Shown: in pieces, positions 7,474-15,208 of the stretch
Layout: each line of letters begins with the position of its first letter
Numbering within the stretch: position 1 is the first letter of the stretch
Source: a virus
Direction: 5' to 3' (one strand)
DNA length: 52,139 nucleotides
IMG/VR virus record: IMGVR_UViG_3300001598_000066
Span: 1-52,139 of that record
Position numbers and translations under genes: made by a program
Notes under the pieces: generated by a model
What the model saw: only the letters and a program-made list of their open reading frames with translations
Databases searched by the model: none
Told to the model about the DNA's origin: nothing

Positions 7474-7719
7474 TCATTTGAAATGCACCTCTGCACCTGT
7501 TTTCTCATTAAAAATACGAGCTACATCTTCCAATGATATTAAATGTTCGTCCACAGCTCCTGCCCATCTAGATAATCCCTGCCAAAACTCAATAATTCTA
7601 TCTTCAGAATAATTGAACTCCGGCTCCTCCATCAGGTAAGCCCCTGCCAATACATACAGTTTTTGTGTTGTTTCAATCGCAAGCTTGTTGACAAGCTTAT
7701 CTCTTTCATATCTTGTCAT
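7474..7719 (-). CDS. Hypothetical protein (81 aa)
   Basis: ORF. Start at the ATG at 7719 to avoid overlap with 7763-8038. Confidence 0.5.
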   Translation of the reverse strand: MTRYERDKLVNKLAIETTQKLYVLAGAYLMEEPEFNYSEDRIIEFWQGLSRWAGAVDEHLISLEDVARIFNEKTGAEVHFK

Positions 7720-7762
7720 TACAATCTTGCTGTACTTTCCAAGCTTCTTTTCTCTGCTCACA

Positions 7763-8038
7763 TTACACACCCTTGAAATAAGCTTTAATCCTTTCGATAA
7801 CTCCCTGCTTTGGCTCGCAATCCTCATACTCAACAGGAGCAACAAATCGTGCATAACCCCTTACGTTTTTCAGACAAGCCTTCCTATCTGAATCGTTACC
7901 AAACGATACAAACAATTTGTCATCATCTCTGCTAATGCTTGTGAATCTTCCCCATACCTTTTCTAGCAATTCCTTATGGTAAAATTCATCAGCACTGAAA
8001 AGTAAATCATACTTTTCACTTTCTTTTCTTTTTGTCAT
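7763..8038 (-). CDS. Hypothetical protein (91 aa)
   Basis: ORF in the operon. Confidence 0.5.
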   Translation of the reverse strand: MTKRKESEKYDLLFSADEFYHKELLEKVWGRFTSISRDDDKLFVSFGNDSDRKACLKNVRGYARFVAPVEYEDCEPKQGVIERIKAYFKGV

Positions 8039-8393
8039 TTAATTCTCCATTTCTTATTGCTTCCAAAGTCATTATGCTTTGATACTGTGCGTAGGTAATA
8101 CCCACCTGCTTGCAATACGCAAGCTTCTTGGAAAGAGAGTCCATTGGACCGGAGGTTCTTCTTTCTTCCTGAATGGCTATGTCTCTGCACTCCTTTGAAC
8201 AATGTGGCGAGCTTCCTATTGCGTAAAACACATTCCCGCATCGCTTACAAACTTGTCTAATAACATTTCCCTTTAGAGTAGTGTCGTTATAAACTGTGGC
8301 ACACGCTGTTGAGCAGACGATTTGGTTTTGCCTGCTCGTCTCAAACTCTTTACCACATATGATGCAATGCTTCTTAATTCCTGCCATCTTCAT
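8016..8393 (-). CDS. Double zinc-ribbon protein (125 aa)
   Basis: CIICG...CSTAC and CKRCG...CSKEC. Confidence 0.55.
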   Translation of the reverse strand: MKMAGIKKHCIICGKEFETSRQNQIVCSTACATVYNDTTLKGNVIRQVCKRCGNVFYAIGSSPHCSKECRDIAIQEERRTSGPMDSLSKKLAYCKQVGITYAQYQSIMTLEAIRNGELNDKKKRK

Positions 8394-8712
8394 ACTCCTT
8401 ATAGAGCTTTATCCAATCGTCAAATCGCATTGTCACCAACCAATCAGTCCTACTTTTTTTATGGAATACGACAGGAATATTTCCAGCCTTTGCACTATCC
8501 CTTACTGCTTGCGACATTGCTTCGTGGATATTAAGCTTTTCTACAAACTTGCATTCAGGGTGAATATAGGGAATGCCAGTAATATCACTCGCATCGCCTG
8601 TGAAGCCTGCATACTGTTGCGTACGCCTAGCTTCATCATACCCATATTCACGGAACTTCTCTGCGAGCATTCTCTCGCCACGGCTTCCCTTTTGTTTTGA
8701 GTTTATTGCCAT
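8374..8712 (-). CDS. Hjc-like / PD-(D/E)XK Holliday-junction resolvase
   Basis: KGSRGERMLAEKFREYGY...GDASDITG...PECKF fits the KG...E...L...G (D) (E.K) resolvase layout. Confidence 0.5.
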   Translation of the reverse strand: MAINSKQKGSRGERMLAEKFREYGYDEARRTQQYAGFTGDASDITGIPYIHPECKFVEKLNIHEAMSQAVRDSAKAGNIPVVFHKKSRTDWLVTMRFDDWIKLYKEYEDGRN

Positions 8713-8921
8713 CTCCTACGTTCCCTCATTATTATCTTGCACCTGTCGCACAAATCTCCTTTGAAGATTACCTCGCCACACATCCTGCAAAACCCTATAG
8801 TATTGCTCTCCCTGAACTCCTGCATACGCTCTTCATCACAGGAAGAACAATACTTTTGATAAATGTTTCTTGGTGTATAAAACTTGCCACAATGCAGGCA
8901 GACCTTAGTTATCCTTGACAC
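8703..8921 (-). CDS. Zinc-ribbon protein (72 aa)
   Basis: CLHCG...CSSC and CRMCG...CDRC. Confidence 0.55.
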   Translation of the reverse strand: MSRITKVCLHCGKFYTPRNIYQKYCSSCDEERMQEFRESNTIGFCRMCGEVIFKGDLCDRCKIIMRERRRWQ

Positions 8922-9189
8922 TTTCTATCTTCTCCGCATAAAGCTTTATATCGCTCCGTATTCCCTTTAATATCTTAATAAGAGAACGCATTGAACGTGC
9001 TTCGCTATCCCTGAGCTGTTTATCAACAATGGCATCCAGAACGTGCTCAAGTTTTGAATAATACCCTTCAACCGTATATCTATTGGTTGAATTACCTACC
9101 CTTCGTCTCAAACAATAGCAACGCTCTTCTGCAATCAACTGATACCTGTCTGACAGGTCTACAATCAATTTACTTTCCTGCTCGCCCAT
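8905..9189 (-). CDS. Hypothetical protein (94 aa)
   Basis: ORF in the operon. Confidence 0.5.
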   Translation of the reverse strand: MGEQESKLIVDLSDRYQLIAEERCYCLRRRVGNSTNRYTVEGYYSKLEHVLDAIVDKQLRDSEARSMRSLIKILKGIRSDIKLYAEKIESVKDN

Positions 9190-9436
9190 TTGGAGTCACC
9201 GTAAACAGTAGGGTCTTACGCTTAATACCTGCTACACCCCTTGTTTCGCTATCAATAGTCACAGTAGGGATAATGCCCTCGTCCTTCATAAAAATGCCAG
9301 ATACCAGTATTGCATTAACAGCCTGATAAACTGCGCCTGCTCCGATTGCTTCCAAGACAGCTTCCTGTCCGTTGCGAAGAAGTCCGGTAATTGCTCCTGC
9401 AACCTTTCCTGCGTTAGCCTCACTTGCTATTCTCAT
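9170..9436 (-). CDS. spoVS: SpoVS (stage V sporulation protein S) family protein
   Basis: MRIASEANAGKVAGAITGLLRNGQEAVLEAIGAGAVYQAVNAI... aligns along its length with the SpoVS pattern (...S.....VAGA.AG.LR.....E.QAIGAGA.NQAVKA...). The size (88 aa) also matches. Confidence 0.7.
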   Translation of the reverse strand: MRIASEANAGKVAGAITGLLRNGQEAVLEAIGAGAVYQAVNAILVSGIFMKDEGIIPTVTIDSETRGVAGIKRKTLLFTVTPNGRAGK

Positions 9437-9448
9437 TACATACCTCCA

Positions 9449-9835
9449 TTAGAACGGAATATCTGAATCATTGAGCTGAGAAAATCCCTCAACTGGACTT
9501 TCGGAAGTAGATTCTGCCTTATCTCCCTTGTCAAGGAACTCAACACGACTTGCAAGAACATCAGTTGTATAAACTTTCTTGCCATCCTTTTCATAAGAAC
9601 CTGTCTGAATTGAGCCTGTGATGCCGACCATCCTGCCTTTGCCCAAGTACTTTCCAACAAGCTCGGCAGTCTTTCCAAAAGCAACGATGTTCGGGAAATC
9701 TGCTCCCCTATCGTTTCCATCCTTGTCCTTACCTCTATCAATAGCTATTGAAAAGCGAGCTACCGATGTCTTACCTTCTGCCTGAAACATATCAGGGTCC
9801 TTAGTTAATCTTCCAATAAGTTCTACCTGATTCAT
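9449..9835 (-). CDS. ssb: Single-stranded DNA-binding protein
   Basis: MNQVELIGRLTKDP...ARFSIA OB-fold N-terminus and an acidic C-terminal tail ending in DIPF. Confidence 0.9.
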   Translation of the reverse strand: MNQVELIGRLTKDPDMFQAEGKTSVARFSIAIDRGKDKDGNDRGADFPNIVAFGKTAELVGKYLGKGRMVGITGSIQTGSYEKDGKKVYTTDVLASRVEFLDKGDKAESTSESPVEGFSQLNDSDIPF

Positions 9836-9846
9836 ACTATCCTCCT

Positions 9847-10134
9847 TTAATCACAGGAATTTCCGGAGCTAATTCCTAAAAACGGAATACCTTCGTGGTC
9901 TTTCCATATGTCTGCTCCGTAATATCCGTATCCATAACGAACCGCATCGCTAATAACGTTTTCTCGAACATACTCACGAAGTTCTTCCTTTGTCACAGCA
10001 GCATATTTTTCATATTCTTCTTCGGTAATCTGGTTATAATCCGTATCAATCCCACAACCACCAAGAGAAAATCCTATCTTCCCGCTTGCATATCTCGTTG
10101 GATGCAAGTATCTCGCCTGCTCAATCGCTGTCAT
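9847..10134 (-). CDS. Hypothetical protein (95 aa)
   Basis: Start at 10134, 5 nt after AAAGGAG. Confidence 0.5.
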   Translation of the reverse strand: MTAIEQARYLHPTRYASGKIGFSLGGCGIDTDYNQITEEEYEKYAAVTKEELREYVRENVISDAVRYGYGYYGADIWKDHEGIPFLGISSGNSCD

Positions 10135-10690
10135 TATTTCTCCTTTCATACTCCTTCCAAATCGCTTTACGCTTTTCCAGTTCAGCAGGAGTATCTGTTT
10201 CAATATCTAATTCTTGTGCCACTTGAATTGCACCGTCTATTAAGCGACACATTTCTGATGTATTCATTGTCCTAGTTTGCTTAAAAACTAAATAACAGTT
10301 GAATAACTTTCCATTTTCTTCACGCTGGTCAAAGCATTTCGTGTACGGATATATTTCATCCACGTTGACTGACGATGGAAGCTTGAATCCTATTGCCTGA
10401 CCACTTTCATCCCTAGCAAGCGTTCCGTAATCAACCACTAACTGGCGTTTGACTTCATCGTTTGATTCGTTGAATCCACGCCTTGCTTTTTCCTCGGCAA
10501 TCTTGGCAACTAATACGTGAAAGTAAGAGTTGGCTTGCAGGGTGCGTTGCTCTCTGTGTTTATCAAAGTTCACATCAAGTTCCGCACCCCTCAAGGCCTC
10601 AAATCTATCACTAAAGTCAAGGTCGACCTCAACTACCAAGCGTTGCTTGCCTGAGTATGAATATTGCAGGTCAATTAGCCTACCCCTCAT
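10121..10690 (-). CDS. NinB/Orf-like recombination mediator (tentative)
   Basis: KHREQRTLQANSYFHVLVAKIAE resembles the NinB segment ERNRSLDQNRKLWACLGDVS. The gene sits in a recombination-module context. Confidence 0.35.
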   Translation of the reverse strand: MRGRLIDLQYSYSGKQRLVVEVDLDFSDRFEALRGAELDVNFDKHREQRTLQANSYFHVLVAKIAEEKARRGFNESNDEVKRQLVVDYGTLARDESGQAIGFKLPSSVNVDEIYPYTKCFDQREENGKLFNCYLVFKQTRTMNTSEMCRLIDGAIQVAQELDIETDTPAELEKRKAIWKEYERRNNDSD

Positions 10691-10908
10691 TTCAAAACCT
10701 CAACAATATCAATGATGTATATGACTCCAAACCAACACGGCGACAAAATGATTGTTGGAATAATTAGGATTAGAAGCTCAGCAAATATTCCGTGTTCCCT
10801 ATCCCAACGTTTCGTGCTCTCATACCATTTGTCTGCACGTTCTTGATAATGTTCACGCTCGTATGCGATGGTAGCTTTTAGGTTAGGCCTTTTCATTTCG
10901 TCCCCCAA
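10687..10908 (-). CDS. Small membrane protein (73 aa)
   Basis: C-terminal hydrophobic stretch FAELLILIIPTIILSPCWFGVIYII. Confidence 0.5.
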   Translation of the reverse strand: MGDEMKRPNLKATIAYEREHYQERADKWYESTKRWDREHGIFAELLILIIPTIILSPCWFGVIYIIDIVEVLK

Positions 10909-11510
10909 TGTTCAGCGTATACATCAAAAAGATTCATAACTCTCAGCCAGCACAGGAAATCTGAAATAATCGGTATGATGCTAAGCGTTTCCTCACGCTT
11001 ATATGTTTCGTGCCATACATACTGACCATTACTCACTACGTAAACGAACTCATAAGCTTCCGGTATCAACTCCAAGTACATTGGATGCTGCGTGCTATCA
11101 AAAAAGTGTCCTGTATCATAAGAGCCTGAATATTTAATATCCATAACTTTACCTGCTTTCAAACAGTCAAGTCTGCCATACAGCAACAAGTCCACTCCAT
11201 CCACGGTCACGGGCTTAGAAGCTTTATACTGTAAAGCCCCGCCACTAACATCCTGTGCAACTTTCTTTGCGGATTCATACCAAGTGCTTTGTTCGTCAGC
11301 CTCGGTCTGCTGCTTCAAGGTAATGCGAGTAACCATATCTTCAAAGTCAATACCCTTCTGCATAGCCTCAGTAGTTTCCGTAGGTTCTCGTTTGAGAACT
11401 TTCATAAAGTCCTCTTGCCAGTCCTTCTCGTTAGTTGCATCTGAGAAAGTATTGTCTTTCATCAGATACAACCAACTTGAAAGAAGGCTATGTGTAAGTA
11501 GGTATCTCAT
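10893..11510 (-). CDS. PD-(D/E)XK (Cas4/RecB-like) nuclease
   Basis: LYGRLDCLKAGKVMDIKYS provides D...(D/E)xK. It lies adjacent to the Sak4-like ATPase. Confidence 0.55.
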   Translation of the reverse strand: MRYLLTHSLLSSWLYLMKDNTFSDATNEKDWQEDFMKVLKREPTETTEAMQKGIDFEDMVTRITLKQQTEADEQSTWYESAKKVAQDVSGGALQYKASKPVTVDGVDLLLYGRLDCLKAGKVMDIKYSGSYDTGHFFDSTQHPMYLELIPEAYEFVYVVSNGQYVWHETYKREETLSIIPIISDFLCWLRVMNLFDVYAEHWGTK

Positions 11511-12461
11511 TTACTTTCCCTCTTCCTTCGGGGTTTCTTCATAAACTCCCTTTTCTTTGGAATAGGTAAGATTGAGTTTGCTAACCGCTTCACTCAACTT
11601 TACTGACAGCTCTTTCTTAGAAGTAAGTGCGTGGTCAATATTCTTCAGAGTTTCAAGGGCCTTGTTTGCGCTCTTGGTGTCCTTAATCGCCTTAATTGCC
11701 TTTTCGCCTGCCTGCATCGCCACTTCGTACTTCTTCTGCATTTCATCATTCTGCTTGATTTCATACTCAGAAAGCTTGTTGTATTCATTAAACAACTCTG
11801 TCAGGAAGTCGTTTGCAGAGGTCTCGGTTAAAGCTGGAATCTTATATGTGCCACTAATTCCACGTGTGCCCTTTGCAAAGTATTTCTCGCAGTTACTAAA
11901 ACCAATAGTTCTATCCCTACCCTGCATTTCAACGAATCCACCTAAATCCATAGGCTCCCATACATTGTTCTTTGTCTGGCCTTCAACCTTGATACGAAGC
12001 CTTGTATTATCTCCATCCTTCTCTTCAGTAGCATGGAAGATGATTACGATATTCTTTTTCAGGGTATAGAAGCAATAATCCATAAGTCTTACAAACTCCT
12101 TGCCCACAAATCCATACCCCTTAAGGGAAAGGCTTCCGTCCTTCTGACCGTACTTCGGGTCTTTCTGAATAGCCCATAAGCTGATTAGGGATATAAGCTT
12201 TCCACCTGTATCGAATACAAGGGAATCAAAGTCACCAAGATTTTCAGGTACAAGGTCAGTCAAGATTTCATCGTAGCTTGCTGGCTGAATGTACGGTTTA
12301 CGGTATCTCGGCTCAATACGGTCAATACCAAAATCAACGTCAATATGAAGCGGGCGTGGAGCTGAAAGTCCAAGAGTCGACTTTCCAATTCCGGGATAAC
12401 CTGCAATTAAGATTCTTATTCTCTTTTCCTGTGTTTGAATTTCGTTAGGATTTCTAATCAT
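11511..12461 (-). CDS. AAA_24 / Sak4-like RecA-family ATPase
   Basis: Walker A ILIAGYPGIGKSTL, then HIDVDFG. Start at the ATG at 12461 behind AAAGGAAA. Confidence 0.65.
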   Translation of the reverse strand: MIRNPNEIQTQEKRIRILIAGYPGIGKSTLGLSAPRPLHIDVDFGIDRIEPRYRKPYIQPASYDEILTDLVPENLGDFDSLVFDTGGKLISLISLWAIQKDPKYGQKDGSLSLKGYGFVGKEFVRLMDYCFYTLKKNIVIIFHATEEKDGDNTRLRIKVEGQTKNNVWEPMDLGGFVEMQGRDRTIGFSNCEKYFAKGTRGISGTYKIPALTETSANDFLTELFNEYNKLSEYEIKQNDEMQKKYEVAMQAGEKAIKAIKDTKSANKALETLKNIDHALTSKKELSVKLSEAVSKLNLTYSKEKGVYEETPKEEGK

Positions 12462-12478
12462 TTTTATTTCCTTTCTGT

Positions 12479-12967
12479 TTACAATTTTTCTAAAATGTCT
12501 CCAACTGAGTAACAATTATTATCTTCAGGTCTTTGAGGGTATTGCTCCTTATACCAAGCTAAATCGTGTGGGTCTTTGGAAGCATCTGCCATCCTCATTC
12601 TTGCTCTCAGCATTTCCATTACAGCTCTGCTGTGTGGATTTGGAACAGCTACAACGTAGTGCTCATCCTTCCAAAACCACGTATTACCTTCATCATCCCT
12701 GTAATCGGGATGATAGCTTGTATCAATCTTTTCGGTAGGCTTTACCTTTACCTTATTGATTACATCGGCTAAGTATGGAGCTGTCCTCTGCTCTGTTAAT
12801 AATTCTTTATATGCTTCAATAATTTCCTCGTCAGGGTAATTTTTGAACGCCTTGAACATATCGTCCTTGTAGATGTCCACCCTTGCTTGCGGCATATCCG
12901 GTGGATAGCTCTTCGGAAAGTAGGTCATTAAGTGAAGCATAACTTGGTTGATTCCTGCTAAAGTCAT
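12479..12967 (-). CDS. G39P-like helicase loader (tentative)
   Basis: ...LMTYFPKSYPPDM...VDIY...FKNYPDEEI..AYKELL...APYLADVI resembles the 'loader and inhibitor of G40P' pattern. It lies downstream of the replisome organizer. Confidence 0.4.
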   Translation of the reverse strand: MTLAGINQVMLHLMTYFPKSYPPDMPQARVDIYKDDMFKAFKNYPDEEIIEAYKELLTEQRTAPYLADVINKVKVKPTEKIDTSYHPDYRDDEGNTWFWKDEHYVVAVPNPHSRAVMEMLRARMRMADASKDPHDLAWYKEQYPQRPEDNNCYSVGDILEKL

Positions 12968-13725
12968 TTACCCATTTCCTCCATCAGCTTTTCGTAAGCG
13001 GTCTTTTCTCGCTCAACTCCTATGGAATCTTCCCATCTTCTTCCGTTTAACCACGTTGATGGTAATGGGATATATTTACCATTAGCTTCTTTCCATTGTT
13101 CGGTTTGCTTAAATTTTTCTAGGGAATTAAGCATTTGTTTCAGTAAGGCTTCATCAGGCTTAAGTTTCAGAAATGACTTGTGTGCGTTTTTCTTATCCTG
13201 TTTTCTTGGGTAGTTCGTCCAGAATGAAGCGAAGAGTTCTTCAAGTGAAGAAGATTTATCTTCAGAAGGGGCTTCAAATGAAGTTTCATTTGAAGAAGAT
13301 ATATTACTTATACTTATCTTATCTATACTATACTTATCTGTGGCAACCATTTGGCAACCATCTGGCAACCAAACTTCTTCATTTGTAATGGTATAAGCAC
13401 CATTATCCTTAATTTTCAGTTGCTTTAACTCTTCTTGAAATGCTGTTGGAGTGTATCTATCCTTTCGCAAAGCATTTGCCATTCTCCAATGCTTGATTAC
13501 GAAAACGCCACTGTTAAACTGCAATACATACCTTCTTTGAAGTAATTGCATTAGGTCTCCTGCGCTTGCGTGAGCCTTAAACATAGCCACTTGAACTTGA
13601 TTATTAAACCCATCATCGTCAGCCCCTAAGTTAAGATGCATATATAGTGCTTGCGCTGAACTCGGTAATGAGATAAACTCATCTGAGTCGGTGACTTTCT
13701 TGGTTAGCATTCGCTTGTCAGCCAT
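12964..13725 (-). CDS. Phage replisome organizer / DnaD-like replication initiator
   Basis: N-terminus MLTKKVTDSDEFISLPSSAQALYMHLNLGADDDGF. The C-terminus FWTNYPRKQDKKNAHKSF...GKYIPLPSTWLNGRRWEDS is the typical phage DnaD-type tail. Start at the ATG at 13725. Confidence 0.65.
   Translation of the reverse strand: MADKRMLTKKVTDSDEFISLPSSAQALYMHLNLGADDDGFNNQVQVAMFKAHASAGDLMQLLQRRYVLQFNSGVFVIKHWRMANALRKDRYTPTAFQEELKQLKIKDNGAYTITNEEVWLPDGCQMVATDKYSIDKISISNISSSNETSFEAPSEDKSSSLEELFASFWTNYPRKQDKKNAHKSFLKLKPDEALLKQMLNSLEKFKQTEQWKEANGKYIPLPSTWLNGRRWEDSIGVEREKTAYEKLMEEMGK
13272..13373. repeat. Origin-like repeat block inside the initiator gene
   Basis: Perfect 11-bp inverted repeat CTTCAAATGAA-gt-TTCATTTGAAG (13272-13295). 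TATACTTATCT twice (13309-13319, 13329-13339). TGGCAACCA three times with 11-bp period (13341, 13352, 13363). Confidence 0.5.
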
Positions 13726-14020
13726 CAATACCCGCCTGACCTTCAACGAAGTTGTCCATAGCAGCTTTTCGCTTGTAAATGGTATTGGCATTTTTAACAT
13801 ACCTGCTAATCCATTCTGAATACTCTGCATCGTTAGCGTACCAATAACCCTTATTGCTGTGTGCTATGCGATACCCATAATCACGAAGCCTTCCAATGAT
13901 TTCCCTATTATCACTGTCATTGAGTTTCGTGATTATTTTTAGTTCAAGCCTTGTGATTGGGCGATTTTTTGAAGCACCTTTACAAGCTTCAAGCACAAGC
14001 TCTTCATTCTTACTCAACAT
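13718..14020 (-). CDS. Hypothetical protein, possible wHTH (100 aa)
   Basis: ORF in the operon, coupled to the initiator gene. Confidence 0.5.
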   Translation of the reverse strand: MLSKNEELVLEACKGASKNRPITRLELKIITKLNDSDNREIIGRLRDYGYRIAHSNKGYWYANDAEYSEWISRYVKNANTIYKRKAAMDNFVEGQAGIDG

Positions 14021-14098
14021 TTACTTCCACCATTTCCTTCCCTACGATTATTACGTTTCCGGAAGAGTCGAAGAGAAATGTCATTTTTACTGGTAGTT

Positions 14099-14308
14099 TC
14101 ATTTCAGTCCCTGCTCTTCCTTAATAATAGTGGCCATACTGACATTTAATGCTCTCGCTACCTTGCGAACGCTATCAGCTGAAGGCTTGGCGTTTTCTTT
14201 GCCTTTCCATTTCGCAACAACACCATTAGTCACTCCGGCTCTACGCTCAAGTTCCCTAATACTCCATCCCTTTTCGTCTGCTAGCTTTTTTACATTGTCG
14301 AAAACCAT
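14099..14308 (-). CDS. Cro-like XRE-family HTH regulator
   Basis: KKLADEKGWSIRELERRAGVTNGVVAKW is an XRE HTH. It diverges from the CI-like gene. Confidence 0.75.
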   Translation of the reverse strand: MVFDNVKKLADEKGWSIRELERRAGVTNGVVAKWKGKENAKPSADSVRKVARALNVSMATIIKEEQGLK

Positions 14309-14537
14309 TCTTCCACCTCCTTTCTTATTTTTCTAAACGGAATCGGATGCCTTTGACCTTGACGTAGTGTAGAAATAATTCTATAATTGAGATACCACAT
14401 ACAATTAGAAATTATTACATACAATACGGAGGCATCCGTATCCGTATTTCTATACTCTATTGTAACCTTTATTCTACAATAGTCAAGCATATTGTGTGTA
14501 ATTATTTCTATGTTTTCAAAAAAATAAGAGGTTTAAG
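14309..14537. promoter_or_regulatory. Divergent immunity promoter/operator region
   Basis: Operator-like sites GTGTAGAAATAATT (14367-14380), TTAGAAATTATTACA (14405-14419) and the inverted copy TGTAATTATTTCTA (14497-14510). Also the inverted repeat CGGATGCC/GGCATCCG (14344-14351 / 14431-14438). Confidence 0.6.
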
Positions 14538-14924
14538 ATGGAAACGGAAAAGAAAGAAATTACAAGCTCTGAGCAAAAAGTGAATCATCAAAAAGAAAAG
14601 ATTATTGAACTATGCAAGCAAAACAAAATATCTATTAGAAAGCTCGAATCCGACCTCGGTATTTCAAATGGATATATTGGGAAAGTAAAAAATGGATATC
14701 CATACGACAAGGTTGTTATGATAGCAGAATACTTTGGAGTTAACCCAAGCGATATAGCCGGAGCAGAACTTGGAAGCTCCAAAGCTTTTCAAAAGGCCAA
14801 ATCTATTCAGCAGGCATTTGATGAACGACCGGAAATGAGAACTCTATTCCAACTAGCAAAAGATGCTCCTGTAGAAGATATAGAATATGTAATCAAAAAG
14901 CTCAAAAGCCTAAAGGAGAAATAA
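14538..14924 (+). CDS. CI-like XRE-family repressor
   Basis: IIELCKQNKISIRKLESDLGISNGYIGKV is an HTH. It is followed by an ImmA-like peptidase and the integrase. Confidence 0.75.
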   Translation: METEKKEITSSEQKVNHQKEKIIELCKQNKISIRKLESDLGISNGYIGKVKNGYPYDKVVMIAEYFGVNPSDIAGAELGSSKAFQKAKSIQQAFDERPEMRTLFQLAKDAPVEDIEYVIKKLKSLKEK

Positions 14925-14926
14925 GT

Positions 14927-15142
14927 ATGAATGAAATCATAGTTCGCTATATGGATATGCCAACAACCGTTAAGGGCGTAGCGGTAAAGGATGCTGATGG
15001 AGATTATAACGTTTATATCAATCCCAGATTGGGAGATGTCGCACAAGTCCTCGCCTACGAACACGAACTACGCCATATCAATCGTGGAGATTTTGAAAGC
15101 GAAAAAGAGACTGTTTCAGAGAAGGAAGTTGCTAATTGGTAG
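14927..15142 (+). CDS. Minimal ImmA/IrrE-like zinc metallopeptidase (71 aa)
   Basis: GDYNVYINPRL....AYEHELRHI contains HExxH. It lies directly after the XRE repressor, the same arrangement as ImmR/ImmA. Confidence 0.55.
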   Translation: MNEIIVRYMDMPTTVKGVAVKDADGDYNVYINPRLGDVAQVLAYEHELRHINRGDFESEKETVSEKEVANW

Positions 15143-15208
15143 AACTATCCACACACACTATTTGTGTTCGTCAAACATGACAGAAACAGTCTTATTTAAG
15201 GAGATAGA

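Noticed and set aside
9436-9741. A 101-aa minus-strand ORF overlapping ssb.
   Set aside because: It is an alternative frame of the clearly real SSB gene and has no independent signals.
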